Source: a bacterium
GTDB taxonomy: Bacteria > Patescibacteriota > Microgenomatia > JAMCZE01
NCBI GenBank assembly: GCA_021836035.1
Contig: JAKBJL010000001.1
Location: 223,765-287,764, forward strand
DNA: 64,000 bases
Direction: 5' to 3'
Shown piece after piece: positions 9,646-18,835 of this stretch; the stretch's first letter is position 1; the number at the start of each line of letters is the position of its first letter. The notes below the pieces were generated by a model. The model ran no database searches. It worked only from the letters and a program-made list of their open reading frames with translations, and was not told the origin of the DNA. Position numbers and translations under genes: made by a program.

Positions 9646-11337
9646 CTACCGGGGGAGCACTAGTGGATTTGACGCCCATTCGTCCTCTAATTGGGCAGTC
9701 AATAAGCCCTGATTATCGGTTCCGAACATTGCCGAAGTTGATGGCACCTCTTCAACGACAGGTTTTAGAAAGCAATAGGGTTTTTGCAGATTGAGACGCA
9801 ACGTTTTGTCAGTAATAGTAAAGTCCGAACCTAAAATAATTAACATCTCCCGTTTCTGCATAAGGGTAGCGTTTGCGAACTTATAACGGCAGTGGACGGC
9901 AAAATCAAAAGCCTTTTCTGCATCATTCATCCATTCATCAACTTTTTTGCCTGCGTTTCCCATCCTTTGCTCAAGAGAAATTTTTTCGGCCATAAGCGTG
10001 TCTTTTTGTGATTTAAAATCAGTGTCCGAAAGTAACGAGCCGTCCGAATTTGCCGGGGAGATTTTTAGCTGAAGCAAGTTATCCAACTTTTTAAGACAAC
10101 CATTGTAAGCCTCTTGGATTGCCCCTATGGAAGCGTTGCGAACTTCAACCTCTTGATCGTTAAGTTTGTTTAAGTGCTTTATAGCCCAATCTTTGAAACG
10201 CTCGCTTATGCCCACCTGCGACATTAAAGCGTCGATCTGTTTTTCCAGATTTCCTACTTCTACTGACCCCTGAGTGCAATTGGGGTTTTTCCGTTTCGTG
10301 CAGTGGTAGTGCACATAATGCCGGATAAGAGGGTTATCCATTTCGCTTATTTTGGTATGGCATTGCTGACAGGTGTTATTATTGGTGCAGGTGAATTTAT
10401 AATTGCATTTAGAGCAAACGCATTGCCATCGTTCTTCCGCCGTCACCATCGCTCCACATTCGCCGCATTTCATTAATCCCGTAAAGGCAAACTCTCTGAA
10501 ATGAGGACTTGGCGATCCTTTTCTTCCCAAAATAATTTGTACCTTGTTAAATTGTTCTTTTGTAACCATAGGTTCATGCTGCCCCTGAAACCACTTGCCA
10601 CTACCGACCGGAAACTCGAATAAGCCGTAGTAAAACGGGTCTCGTAACATCCGGTAAATTTGGCTTCGTGCCATTGGTTTCCCACCGATAGATTTTCGTG
10701 TTGGTGAAGTGTAGCCCCATTCATTATTTAACATGTCTAAAATTTTGGGGGGCGTATATGCTCCGGTAAGCATTAATTCCCAGCATTGTTTTATAAGAGG
10801 GAATCTTACCGGATCGTTCATGATTTTCTTGCTGCCCTTTTCGGCGTACTTGTCGTTCATATATCCCGGCTTTGCTCCGGAGGGGAGATATCCTTTCTCG
10901 GCTTTCGTTTTAAGGCCCTCTTTGACGTTTTCTCCTTTGTGGTCGTTTTCAAATTTGGCTTGCATCATAAAGAAGCCAAGCATAAATTTATCCATTGGGT
11001 TATTTCTGAATGTTTGAGACGGGGTACAAACTTCAACCAGGTCGCCGCTATCCATCAAAGAAATAATTGTGGCCGCATCTTGGGGATTCCTTGAAAGACG
11101 GTCGGGGTGCCAAACCAAAATCCTGTCGATTTTGCCCTCTTTAATCATTGATACCAGTCTTCCAAATTCGGGCCTTCCCAAGTCTTTGGCTGATTTTGCT
11201 TCACTAAAGATATTGGTGATCTTGAAGCCTAGCTTCAGGGCAACAGCTTCCAGTTCCCTAGTTTGGGATTCTATAGAAAGCATCTGCCGATCTTCTGATT
11301 CGGAAGACTTTCTGCAATATGTTGCGTAGTTACTCAT
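9646..11337 (-). CDS. large serine recombinase (integrase)
   Basis: N-terminal resolvase catalytic domain (YCRKSSESEDRQ...SIESQ, ILVWHPDRLSRN), recombinase domain and Cys-rich zinc-ribbon region. The 3' end overlaps the tRNA 3' end by 12 nt. Confidence 0.85.
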   Translation of the reverse strand: MSNYATYCRKSSESEDRQMLSIESQTRELEAVALKLGFKITNIFSEAKSAKDLGRPEFGRLVSMIKEGKIDRILVWHPDRLSRNPQDAATIISLMDSGDLVEVCTPSQTFRNNPMDKFMLGFFMMQAKFENDHKGENVKEGLKTKAEKGYLPSGAKPGYMNDKYAEKGSKKIMNDPVRFPLIKQCWELMLTGAYTPPKILDMLNNEWGYTSPTRKSIGGKPMARSQIYRMLRDPFYYGLFEFPVGSGKWFQGQHEPMVTKEQFNKVQIILGRKGSPSPHFREFAFTGLMKCGECGAMVTAEERWQCVCSKCNYKFTCTNNNTCQQCHTKISEMDNPLIRHYVHYHCTKRKNPNCTQGSVEVGNLEKQIDALMSQVGISERFKDWAIKHLNKLNDQEVEVRNASIGAIQEAYNGCLKKLDNLLQLKISPANSDGSLLSDTDFKSQKDTLMAEKISLEQRMGNAGKKVDEWMNDAEKAFDFAVHCRYKFANATLMQKREMLIILGSDFTITDKTLRLNLQKPYCFLKPVVEEVPSTSAMFGTDNQGLLTAQLEDEWASNPLVLPR

Positions 11338-11446
11338 AACATTAAGCGCCCCCGCCGGTTGTGCTCAGAACGGTCAGGTTCTGTCCGACGGAGGCGCTAA
11401 AAAACCCGACCTATTTATCTGAGCACAATATTATTATTCGCTTATA

Positions 11447-11884
11447 TTAAAACTTTGTCAAATATCGGAAACCCTTGGACTTGTTTTGCTTTTTATACGA
11501 AAGTCGGTGGCAAAGTCGGCAAGCCATTATTTCGCTATTAGCGGGAATATATAAGAATCTAGCGCGACGGCCGCAGAGATTACAAAGAAACCAAAAGACA
11601 TATCCTTTTCCCAGATTCGACAGGCTGTAGGTAAGACCAACCTTGTTTTCAGCCGAAAGATCAACTTGTCCTTGTGCTTCCCGCCTAAGATTAATGGTAG
11701 TACCAAGCCTGACAAAATCCACCAACTGTTGTATATCCTTCTCGTTAGTCAAATTGAGGGTTGGCTTACCCTTTTCGGTCAAAAGTCGGTTAAATTTTCT
11801 TATATCCTCACTTACAACATTTGCCACATTTATTACCTGTGAGTTTTCAATTAGTGGCCGCTTACTCATATTAATCGGATACAT
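11447..11884 (-). CDS. hypothetical protein with C-terminal zinc-ribbon (possible small DNA-binding/excision factor)
   Basis: CNLCGRRARF...CRLCH. Confidence 0.3.
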   Translation of the reverse strand: MYPINMSKRPLIENSQVINVANVVSEDIRKFNRLLTEKGKPTLNLTNEKDIQQLVDFVRLGTTINLRREAQGQVDLSAENKVGLTYSLSNLGKGYVFWFLCNLCGRRARFLYIPANSEIMACRLCHRLSYKKQNKSKGFRYLTKF

Positions 11885-11914
11885 ATAAAAAACCTAAATC
11901 ACTAACAAACATTA

Positions 11915-13300
11915 CTAATCATTAAGTTCCATCTGCTCCATGTGTGTTTCTTCTTCTTTAATATTTTCTGTTACCCCACCATCTAACTCACTATAGTTTT
12001 GTGGTGAAGATATAGTGAGTGGCACGGTGGGGTAAATAAGAATCTTTCGTTTATCCAGCTTGTCAGCTTCGGAATAGATTAAGCCTGCCGTTTCTAGCAT
12101 GGGAATTATCTGCTGACGTAGTTGCCAATCAGGGATAAAACGACCATAAACACGGTAGTGCTCCTGGGAAATTTCTTGTCGGGTCAATCCGGTTTTCTCT
12201 CCATCAGTCAACTCACTATTCTTTTTATTGTAGGCTGGGGTAATCACGTCATAGAAAAAATTAAACACATATGGTGGTAGGTTCAGCTCTTGGCTCTCGG
12301 CTATTTGATCCCAAACAGCAAACGCATCGTTAATGTCCGTTTCGTTGGCGACTATTCCTTGCTCTTCCCGGTCCCTGAACCACAAATTAAGTAGGGCAAA
12401 AATCTTAACAAGATTAATCACCCGGCTGATGTCCCTTTGGTGTCTGGGTTTAAGCATCTTTACCCTTTCCATGAATTTGCTGATTACCAAATTTTCAGCG
12501 GGGATACGCACGTTCTGAATCTTTTCCTGTCTGATGGCTCTAATCCTATCAATCAAAAGTTTTCGTTCTGGATTGTTAATCAAGGCAAGCCGGTACGCAT
12601 CAGGGTTAACCTCTTTTTTAATCTTTTCCAACACCGCCTGACGAATTTTTTCTTGGTTTATTTCTGGAGAAAGTAATAAAAATCTCGTCGCTTCTTGTTC
12701 GTCAATCCTCAATCCTGCGGTGCAAAACACTACAACCGGATAACCAATCAAGAGTATATTTTTTGTTCGCAAACCAGCCTTCTGCGATTTGTCAGTTATT
12801 TTAAGGTGAATTTCCTTTTTATCGTGGGAAAGAATAGGCCGTAAATGCTGAAGTAGTAAGTCATGGGGTTGATCCAGAAAGATAATTATTTTCCTGGAGA
12901 GATCGACAACATAGCCTTTTCTCTTTTCGTCAAAGACACCATAATCATGGAAGAAGGCGGTGGGGCTACAATAGCCGACTTCAATAATATCCTCTTGGGG
13001 AAACAGTTTGGCTACTTCGGTAGGGATGAATGATTTGCCGGTAGACGATGGGGCATTGAAACTGATGTTTAATTGGCTGTCACCAGTGTAGGCTGACAGT
13101 TCAGTTAAAAAAGTAAGGAGTTTATTGATCTCGTCTTTTTTGATGGTCTGGCCTAAGACAGAAACCAAATCGTCCACACAAAGGGGCTTAATATTGGAAA
13201 CGTCGACAAAGGTTGACTCTTCCACCATTTCTTTTTCCGGTTCGATTGTCAACGAATCGACTATTTCTTCTGCTTGTTTAACAATTGCCTCGTCGTTCAT
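11915..13300 (-). CDS. P-loop NTPase, putative replication helicase/primase-associated protein of the element
   Basis: Walker A NAPSSTGKSF. The ATG (MNDEAIVKQ) overlaps the upstream stop as ATGA. The track ORF is extended artificially to 13453. Confidence 0.5.
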   Translation of the reverse strand: MNDEAIVKQAEEIVDSLTIEPEKEMVEESTFVDVSNIKPLCVDDLVSVLGQTIKKDEINKLLTFLTELSAYTGDSQLNISFNAPSSTGKSFIPTEVAKLFPQEDIIEVGYCSPTAFFHDYGVFDEKRKGYVVDLSRKIIIFLDQPHDLLLQHLRPILSHDKKEIHLKITDKSQKAGLRTKNILLIGYPVVVFCTAGLRIDEQEATRFLLLSPEINQEKIRQAVLEKIKKEVNPDAYRLALINNPERKLLIDRIRAIRQEKIQNVRIPAENLVISKFMERVKMLKPRHQRDISRVINLVKIFALLNLWFRDREEQGIVANETDINDAFAVWDQIAESQELNLPPYVFNFFYDVITPAYNKKNSELTDGEKTGLTRQEISQEHYRVYGRFIPDWQLRQQIIPMLETAGLIYSEADKLDKRKILIYPTVPLTISSPQNYSELDGGVTENIKEEETHMEQMELND

Positions 13301-13914
13301 AGTAAATATTTCATTGCTTCGGTAAAACTTAACTCTTTTGTCTTTTCTATAAAATTGATCGAGTCTCCGTGTGCTCCACACCCAAAACAATGATAAGTGT
13401 TTGTATCTTCGTATATAACAAACGATGGCGTCTTTTCCTCGTGCAGTGGGCAAAGCCCTGTTAGTCTTCGGCCAATTCGTCTCAATTTGCCTTCATAAAG
13501 CCTTTCTAGGGGCACTTGGCGAGCTTGTTGAACCTCAAAATAGCCAAAACGATTTAATTTATTCGAAAGTTGACGCGGTAGTGGTTTCTCGCTAACTTTT
13601 CGCCAAATTTCAGTCCAATAACGCAACCATTTTCTAATCATTAGATACTCTTCCGCATGGTAGGTTGGAAGAATTTTTAATACACTTCTCTCAACCGATT
13701 CTCTGGCAGAATTTTCGACGGCGATGGCCATTTGCTCTTGAATCAATTTCTTTGTCTCGTTGGCTAGTTCAAGCAGCTCCTTTATTTTCTCTATACTGAC
13801 AATTTTTAAGCCGTCCTCAAATCCCGTAATGTCCGGTAAAGTTGACGGTGGATAAACAAAATGCCGTAACTGTTTGCCTAGTTTAATATGGTCAAATTTA
13901 TTTTGATTTTGCAT
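13297..13914 (-). CDS. CHC2 zinc-finger (primase-type) protein
   Basis: CPLHEEKTPSFVIYEDTNTYHCFGCGAHGD closely mirrors the DnaG zinc finger at 3406..5217. Confidence 0.6.
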   Translation of the reverse strand: MQNQNKFDHIKLGKQLRHFVYPPSTLPDITGFEDGLKIVSIEKIKELLELANETKKLIQEQMAIAVENSARESVERSVLKILPTYHAEEYLMIRKWLRYWTEIWRKVSEKPLPRQLSNKLNRFGYFEVQQARQVPLERLYEGKLRRIGRRLTGLCPLHEEKTPSFVIYEDTNTYHCFGCGAHGDSINFIEKTKELSFTEAMKYLL

Positions 13915-14098
13915 ATTTTTTGTCTAGTTCTTTTTGCCAATTCTTGGGAATTGGCTGGTAAATTAACTTAAACAGTCGTAAAAGTGCGTTCGCCTTTTCA
14001 TAAGCCTCGCTGTCCGACAGGTTTTCATTGAACTGCGCTTTATAAATGTCTTTGAACTCGTTGACGGTGCTATGGCTTAACATATTAGGTTCCGCCAT
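13898..14098 (-). CDS. small hypothetical protein
   Basis: 66-aa ORF in the leftward element operon. Confidence 0.3.
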   Translation of the reverse strand: MAEPNMLSHSTVNEFKDIYKAQFNENLSDSEAYEKANALLRLFKLIYQPIPKNWQKELDKKYAKSK

Positions 14099-14330
14099 GT
14101 AGCCTCGTCCGAAGTTCGTTTATCGCCTCTATCAAATCACGGCTAGCTATGCGGTTTGAACGATTCCAGTGGCTTGAAATTATCTCTGGGGCAAGGTTTT
14201 TGGGATCATCGAAGACAAAATGAACAAATTTTCCTGTGCCTGGTTCCAGGCGTATAAGTTTTAGCCCCGAAGCGAGCAAACAGGCACTTATATAGAAGTC
14301 TTTGGACTTGTAAACTGTTACATTTTCCAT
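14085..14330 (-). CDS. small hypothetical protein
   Basis: 81-aa ORF overlapping its neighbour by 14 nt. Confidence 0.3.
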   Translation of the reverse strand: MENVTVYKSKDFYISACLLASGLKLIRLEPGTGKFVHFVFDDPKNLAPEIISSHWNRSNRIASRDLIEAINELRTRLHGGT

Positions 14331-14385
14331 AATGCGACTTTAGAAGGCACGCAGGGGGGTTATCAATAGTAGTAGTGGGGAGATG

Positions 14386-15243
14386 TTAGCTAGAACTTGG
14401 GGAGTTGGAAGGTAGGATTTGGGGAGATGTTGGCTTCAGGATTGCAGAATTATTTACAAAAATCCCAAAACCTTTTTTCTGAATAGGGATCAACGCTACT
14501 CCTAACACTGGATGCTTTTCAATTTCTCTCTGGATTTGCTTATAGGTATCCTCCAACCTGTCACTAACTTTAGTTAGTCTATTTCTATTTTTTTGCTGTT
14601 CATAAGTTGTCACACTAGAGTCTTCCCTTAATTCATAAAATTGTTCTTTTGGCACGATGGAATTTATGTTTTTTATCATCAAATCGACGGTTTTTCTTTT
14701 CACTTCTCCTTCAAACTTGAGGTTTTGACCTAGAAAATAAAGATCACCGGTCTGTAATACAAATTGAGGTGAAGTGTTACTGTACCAACGTGTAAATTCG
14801 ACTAATTTCTGTTTATTAATTAGAACAGAATATTGCCCCGCCTCAACTGGCCCCCAATTTTCTCTACTATTTCGCCATTCGTAATAAAAATGCGCGACTG
14901 TCTGATCGTTTGGCAACTTTAAGAAGTTTAAATACCCTTTGTCCCTGGCGATCGTAGTCAGGAAATCTTTTCCGTTTGCACTATAACTTCCAGATATGGC
15001 GTTACCCCATCTTGTAAACCAACGATTAGGCATCAATGCTTCTATCACGCCTTGTGCTAAGAGCTCTTGAGGCACGCGGTCATAACTATAACCGTAAGAG
15101 GTTGGGATTTCTTTTATAGAGGGGTAAGTGAATGTTCTATTGGCCGTTTTTGCAATGTTAACAACTGACCAATATTCGGCTGGTGGGAGCGCATCGTAAA
15201 TATACGAACAAAGAGTCACGCAATCGTTGATTAAACCATTCAT
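14386..15243 (-). CDS. hypothetical protein (element-encoded)
   Basis: 285-aa intact ORF with no recognised motif. Confidence 0.35.
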   Translation of the reverse strand: MNGLINDCVTLCSYIYDALPPAEYWSVVNIAKTANRTFTYPSIKEIPTSYGYSYDRVPQELLAQGVIEALMPNRWFTRWGNAISGSYSANGKDFLTTIARDKGYLNFLKLPNDQTVAHFYYEWRNSRENWGPVEAGQYSVLINKQKLVEFTRWYSNTSPQFVLQTGDLYFLGQNLKFEGEVKRKTVDLMIKNINSIVPKEQFYELREDSSVTTYEQQKNRNRLTKVSDRLEDTYKQIQREIEKHPVLGVALIPIQKKGFGIFVNNSAILKPTSPQILPSNSPSSS

Positions 15244-15276
15244 ATTACATTTTCATTTGTAGTAACGGGAAAAATC

Positions 15277-15840
15277 CTAGTTCCCAGTTTGCACAACCTG
15301 ATTCTGTCCAATTACAGCAGTTTGCGCATTTAAATTTAAACTTAGAGTTGGTTGTCGCATAGACTTCAAAGCAAAAAGGGAAGTTTGGAATTGTTTGTTG
15401 GCTCTTTCTAACTCCTTATTAAACATTTCTAATAATCTGATCCCAGAATCGCTGATGAAGCCTTTGGAAAGAACATTATTAATTTTTTGTTGGGTTTGGA
15501 GTACTAAAACAAAATTAAGCACGACTATTTCTGCGCGAGCATTCTCGCTGGGGGTTTGGCATTGGTATTCTGTGCGAAATTTCCGAAGCAAATCGACGGC
15601 AAATGTTTTATAACAATCTTCAACAGAAAAGGATAAAAGCGTTCCGTTATCAAACTCAAATAATGTCATTGCCTTAAAAGTGCTATCTTCGGGGCGTGCT
15701 TGATGTTCTCCACTGCAGTTTGAAAGCTCCTTGTCCGCTTGCCTCAAAACGCAGTCGGGGTCTATCGCTGTCTTACACGAAGCTAGAGATTTTCTGATCT
15801 CTTCAAGAGTTTTTACTGGTGCAACTGCCTTATCCTCCAT
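15277..15840 (-). CDS. hypothetical protein (element-encoded)
   Basis: 187-aa intact ORF. Confidence 0.35.
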   Translation of the reverse strand: MEDKAVAPVKTLEEIRKSLASCKTAIDPDCVLRQADKELSNCSGEHQARPEDSTFKAMTLFEFDNGTLLSFSVEDCYKTFAVDLLRKFRTEYQCQTPSENARAEIVVLNFVLVLQTQQKINNVLSKGFISDSGIRLLEMFNKELERANKQFQTSLFALKSMRQPTLSLNLNAQTAVIGQNQVVQTGN

Positions 15841-15871
15841 AGCCGCATTTTACTACGATTTCCCCCCTTCG

Positions 15872-16102
15872 CTAGAGGCCCATAAACAACTCCGAGAGGC
15901 TAATCTTCATTTTTCTGCAAATGCTAATTAAACGACTCAAAGTAACATTTCTTTCCCCTCTTTCTATAAACCCCATATAACTTCTATCAACTCCCGCTTC
16001 AAAGGCTAGATCTTCTTGTGTCATGTCTCTCTCATCTCTGAGCTGTTTTATTCTTTGCCCCAATCTTTTGTGGGTGACCGAAATAGCTTCCATAACACCC
16101 AC
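15872..16102 (-). CDS. XRE-family helix-turn-helix transcriptional regulator (repressor or R-M controller-like)
   Basis: LRDERDMTQEDLAFEAGVDRSYMGFIERGERNVTLSRLISICRKM is an HTH_3 signature. Divergent to the methyltransferase operon. Confidence 0.7.
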   Translation of the reverse strand: MGVMEAISVTHKRLGQRIKQLRDERDMTQEDLAFEAGVDRSYMGFIERGERNVTLSRLISICRKMKISLSELFMGL

Positions 16103-16198
16103 AACTTATTCCAAAAGGGACTACTAGACCAGCTCCTGTATGTAGCATTATGGCCAGTACTCGTGCTATATTGGGACAAGTAGTAGTCAGTATAAAAT

Positions 16199-17308
16199 AT
16201 GGCAAATAGTAATCTTGCCAACGCAAAAAGGACAAAAAACGACGAGTTTTATACCCAGTACAGTGATATTCAAAAAGAGATTGAAGCGTATCTGGACCGA
16301 AACCCTGATGTGTTCCGAAGTAAGGTGGTATATTGCAACTGCGACGACCCGTTTGAAAGTAACTTCTTTCGTTACTTCGTGCTTAATTTCAAAAAACTTG
16401 GGCTGAAACAACTAATCACTACTAGCTATAAACCTTCACCTATAGCTAATACACAGCTGCAGTTATTTGGTGACGATAAAACACTCACTAAATCAAAAGG
16501 TCGTCCCAAAATAAACGCCAATAAATTCATTATTAACGAAGTGCATGATATTGACGGTAACGGCGAATTTAATTTGAAGGATATTGCCAAACAGTTAAGG
16601 GCAAACAAACACAATGAATGGACTCCACTAGAAGGTGATGGCGATTTTCGTAGCGATGAGTCTATAAATCTGCTGAAACAATCTGACATCGTGGTAACTA
16701 ATCCGCCGTTCAGTCTGTTTCGTGAGTATATAAAACAACTTGTTGATTTTAATAAAAAGTTTTTGATCATAGGCAACATGAACGCGATTACCTATATAGA
16801 GGTATTTCCATTACTTAAAGAGAATATGGTTTGGTTAGGTAATAATTACAAGGTCAATGCTGGGGCAATGTTTTTTGAGATACCAGAAAAGATTGCTAAT
16901 TTAGAGCAAGTTCGTGAAATTAAGACAAGCGAAAGTGGTAAGAAAGTTTATATTACACGCGTGCAAGGCATTCGTTGGTTCACTAATCTTGACCATGGCC
17001 GTCGTCACCAGCCACTACAACTAATGACGGAGGCAGAAATAATAAAGTTTTCAACGAAAAAACCGTTTGAGAAATATGATAACTATGATGCGATTGAGAT
17101 CTCGTTAGTTAAAAACATTCCAAGCGACTATAAAGGGGTAATGGGCGTACCGGTTAGTTTTTTAGACAGTTATAATCCTGATCAATTTGAAATTTTAGGG
17201 TCGAATCGTGGTGTTGATCAAGATCCAAATAAAATTTACGGCAGAGGGTCATACCTGAATGGAAAAGAAATTTATAAGAGATTATTTATAAGACATAGGA
17301 AAAAATAA
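16199..17308 (+). CDS. DNA amino-methyltransferase (N6-adenine/N4-cytosine class, NPPF motif IV)
   Basis: [11 protein letters not shown] catalytic motif IV. Possible AdoMet motif NCDDPFES upstream. Confidence 0.55.
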   Translation: MANSNLANAKRTKNDEFYTQYSDIQKEIEAYLDRNPDVFRSKVVYCNCDDPFESNFFRYFVLNFKKLGLKQLITTSYKPSPIANTQLQLFGDDKTLTKSKGRPKINANKFIINEVHDIDGNGEFNLKDIAKQLRANKHNEWTPLEGDGDFRSDESINLLKQSDIVVTNPPFSLFREYIKQLVDFNKKFLIIGNMNAITYIEVFPLLKENMVWLGNNYKVNAGAMFFEIPEKIANLEQVREIKTSESGKKVYITRVQGIRWFTNLDHGRRHQPLQLMTEAEIIKFSTKKPFEKYDNYDAIEISLVKNIPSDYKGVMGVPVSFLDSYNPDQFEILGSNRGVDQDPNKIYGRGSYLNGKEIYKRLFIRHRKK

Positions 17309-17309
17309 T

Positions 17310-18479
17310 ATGGAAACAACATTTAAAACCGACATTACTGTCAAAGACATTTGCGAGGGTTTTGTCTATAACGAGTTAGAAGGTAAAGGATTGTTTGGTC
17401 TGGCTGGCAAACTTACTATTCAGCCGGAATATCAGCGCAACTATATCTATGCTTCTGACGGAGGCAAAAAAGAAATGGCCGTAATCGAATCGGTTCTTAA
17501 GAGATACCCAATAGGATTGATCTATTTCAATAAAGTAAGCGACAATAATTTAGAAGTTTTGGACGGACAACAACGCATCACAAGCCTCGGACGGTTCTTG
17601 ACTGACAAATTTGCCATTAAAGATGAAAACGGCATGGAGCAATATTTTAGTGGTATGGCAAAAGATAAACAGGATAAAATTTTAAAAACTCCTTTGCTTA
17701 TTTACGAATGCGAAGGAAAAGAAAGCGAGATAAAAGAATGGTTTAAAACAATAAATATTGCCGGTGTCCCACTTAGTGATCAAGAGTTGCTTAATGCAGT
17801 ATATTCAGGACCGTTCGTAACGCTTTGTAAGGAGGAATTTAGTAATAGTCAAAACGCTAACATCCAAAAATGGGGTGCTTACGTATCTGGTAGCGTAAAC
17901 CGGCAGGAGTTTTTGGAACGCGCTTTGGATTGGGTAAGCAAAGGCAACATTGGCGATTATATGAGCCGTCACCGCTACGACAAAAGTATCACCGAGCTAA
18001 AAACATATTTTAATAGTGTGATCGATTGGATTTCCAGCGTGTTTACCGATGTGGAGAGCGAAATGCGAGGACTGGAATGGGGGCGACTATATGAACAGTA
18101 CCATTCTAAAACTTATGATCCTGCCAAAGTGTCGGCAGAAGTGCAAAAGCTCTATGGCGATCCGTATATCAAAAGTCGTAAGGGTGTTTTTGAGTTTGTC
18201 TTAGGCGGTTCAGTCGACACGAAACTATTAGAAGTCCGAGTTTTTGATGAAGCAACAAAAAAAGCTGTTTACACAACACAGACTGCTGATGCTAAAACCA
18301 AAGGGAAGTCAAACTGTCCGCTTTGTGCTATTGGACATGACGCCAATAAGAGTAAGATTTGGAATTTTGACGAGATGGACGCAGATCACGTAGCAGCATG
18401 GAGTAAAGGTGGTGCAACTTCAGCTAAGAATTGTCAGATGCTTTGCAGGACACATAATCGAGCAAAAGGAAATCGATAA
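17310..18479 (+). CDS. DUF262 (ParB-like NTPase, DGQQR motif) + C-terminal HNH/DUF1524 nuclease, GmrSD-like
   Basis: [13 protein letters not shown] in the N-domain. [12 protein letters not shown]...[15 protein letters not shown] is an HNH motif in the C-domain. The start lies 2 nt after the methyltransferase stop. Confidence 0.7.
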   Translation: METTFKTDITVKDICEGFVYNELEGKGLFGLAGKLTIQPEYQRNYIYASDGGKKEMAVIESVLKRYPIGLIYFNKVSDNNLEVLDGQQRITSLGRFLTDKFAIKDENGMEQYFSGMAKDKQDKILKTPLLIYECEGKESEIKEWFKTINIAGVPLSDQELLNAVYSGPFVTLCKEEFSNSQNANIQKWGAYVSGSVNRQEFLERALDWVSKGNIGDYMSRHRYDKSITELKTYFNSVIDWISSVFTDVESEMRGLEWGRLYEQYHSKTYDPAKVSAEVQKLYGDPYIKSRKGVFEFVLGGSVDTKLLEVRVFDEATKKAVYTTQTADAKTKGKSNCPLCAIGHDANKSKIWNFDEMDADHVAAWSKGGATSAKNCQMLCRTHNRAKGNR

Positions 18480-18496
18480 TGTAGTATGTTTTTAAT

Positions 18497-18835
18497 ATGG
18501 ACGATCAACAAAAAATTATTGAGGAACTAAAAAGCGAAATCGTCTCTTTAAAGGTTCGGTTACGTCGGGTTGAAAGTTTTATTGAGTCAATGCCAAATCC
18601 AGATGAACATCTTCAAAGATTGGATGACAAAGGCGTAGATGTACTTCTTGAAGCAGCTCAAGAGATCGTTTCCCAGTATGATAGAGCCAGTGCCAGTTTA
18701 CTCCAAAGAAAGTTATCTATTGGTTACGCTAGAGCTGCAGCCCTTTTGGATTTACTGGAAGATAAGGGAATTGTTGGGCCAGCCAAAGGCTCCGAACCAA
18801 GAAATGTGCTGGTCAAAAACGAACCAAAATCTTAA
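18497..18835 (+). CDS. stand-alone FtsK-gamma (winged-helix, KOPS-binding type) domain protein with N-terminal coiled coil
   Basis: ASASLLQRKLSIGYARAAALLDLLEDKGIVGP matches the FtsK gamma domain consensus (LQRRLRIGYNRAARLIEQME..GIV). Confidence 0.65.
   Translation: MDDQQKIIEELKSEIVSLKVRLRRVESFIESMPNPDEHLQRLDDKGVDVLLEAAQEIVSQYDRASASLLQRKLSIGYARAAALLDLLEDKGIVGPAKGSEPRNVLVKNEPKS

Larger units (their letters stand above)
9086..9657 (+). tRNA. tRNA-Asn(GUU) interrupted in the anticodon loop by a group I intron (exon 1 9086-9120, exon 2 9620-9657)
   Basis: Acceptor 5' TCCCCTG pairs with 3' CGGGGGA, giving U1-A72 and G73 as in bacterial tRNA-Asn. D-arm GCTCAGTTGGTAGAGC. The anticodon stem CCTCG/CGAGG is split. 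The reconstituted loop CUGU|UAA equals the E. coli tRNA-Asn loop. T-arm GTAGGTTCGAGTCCTAC. Confidence 0.7.
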
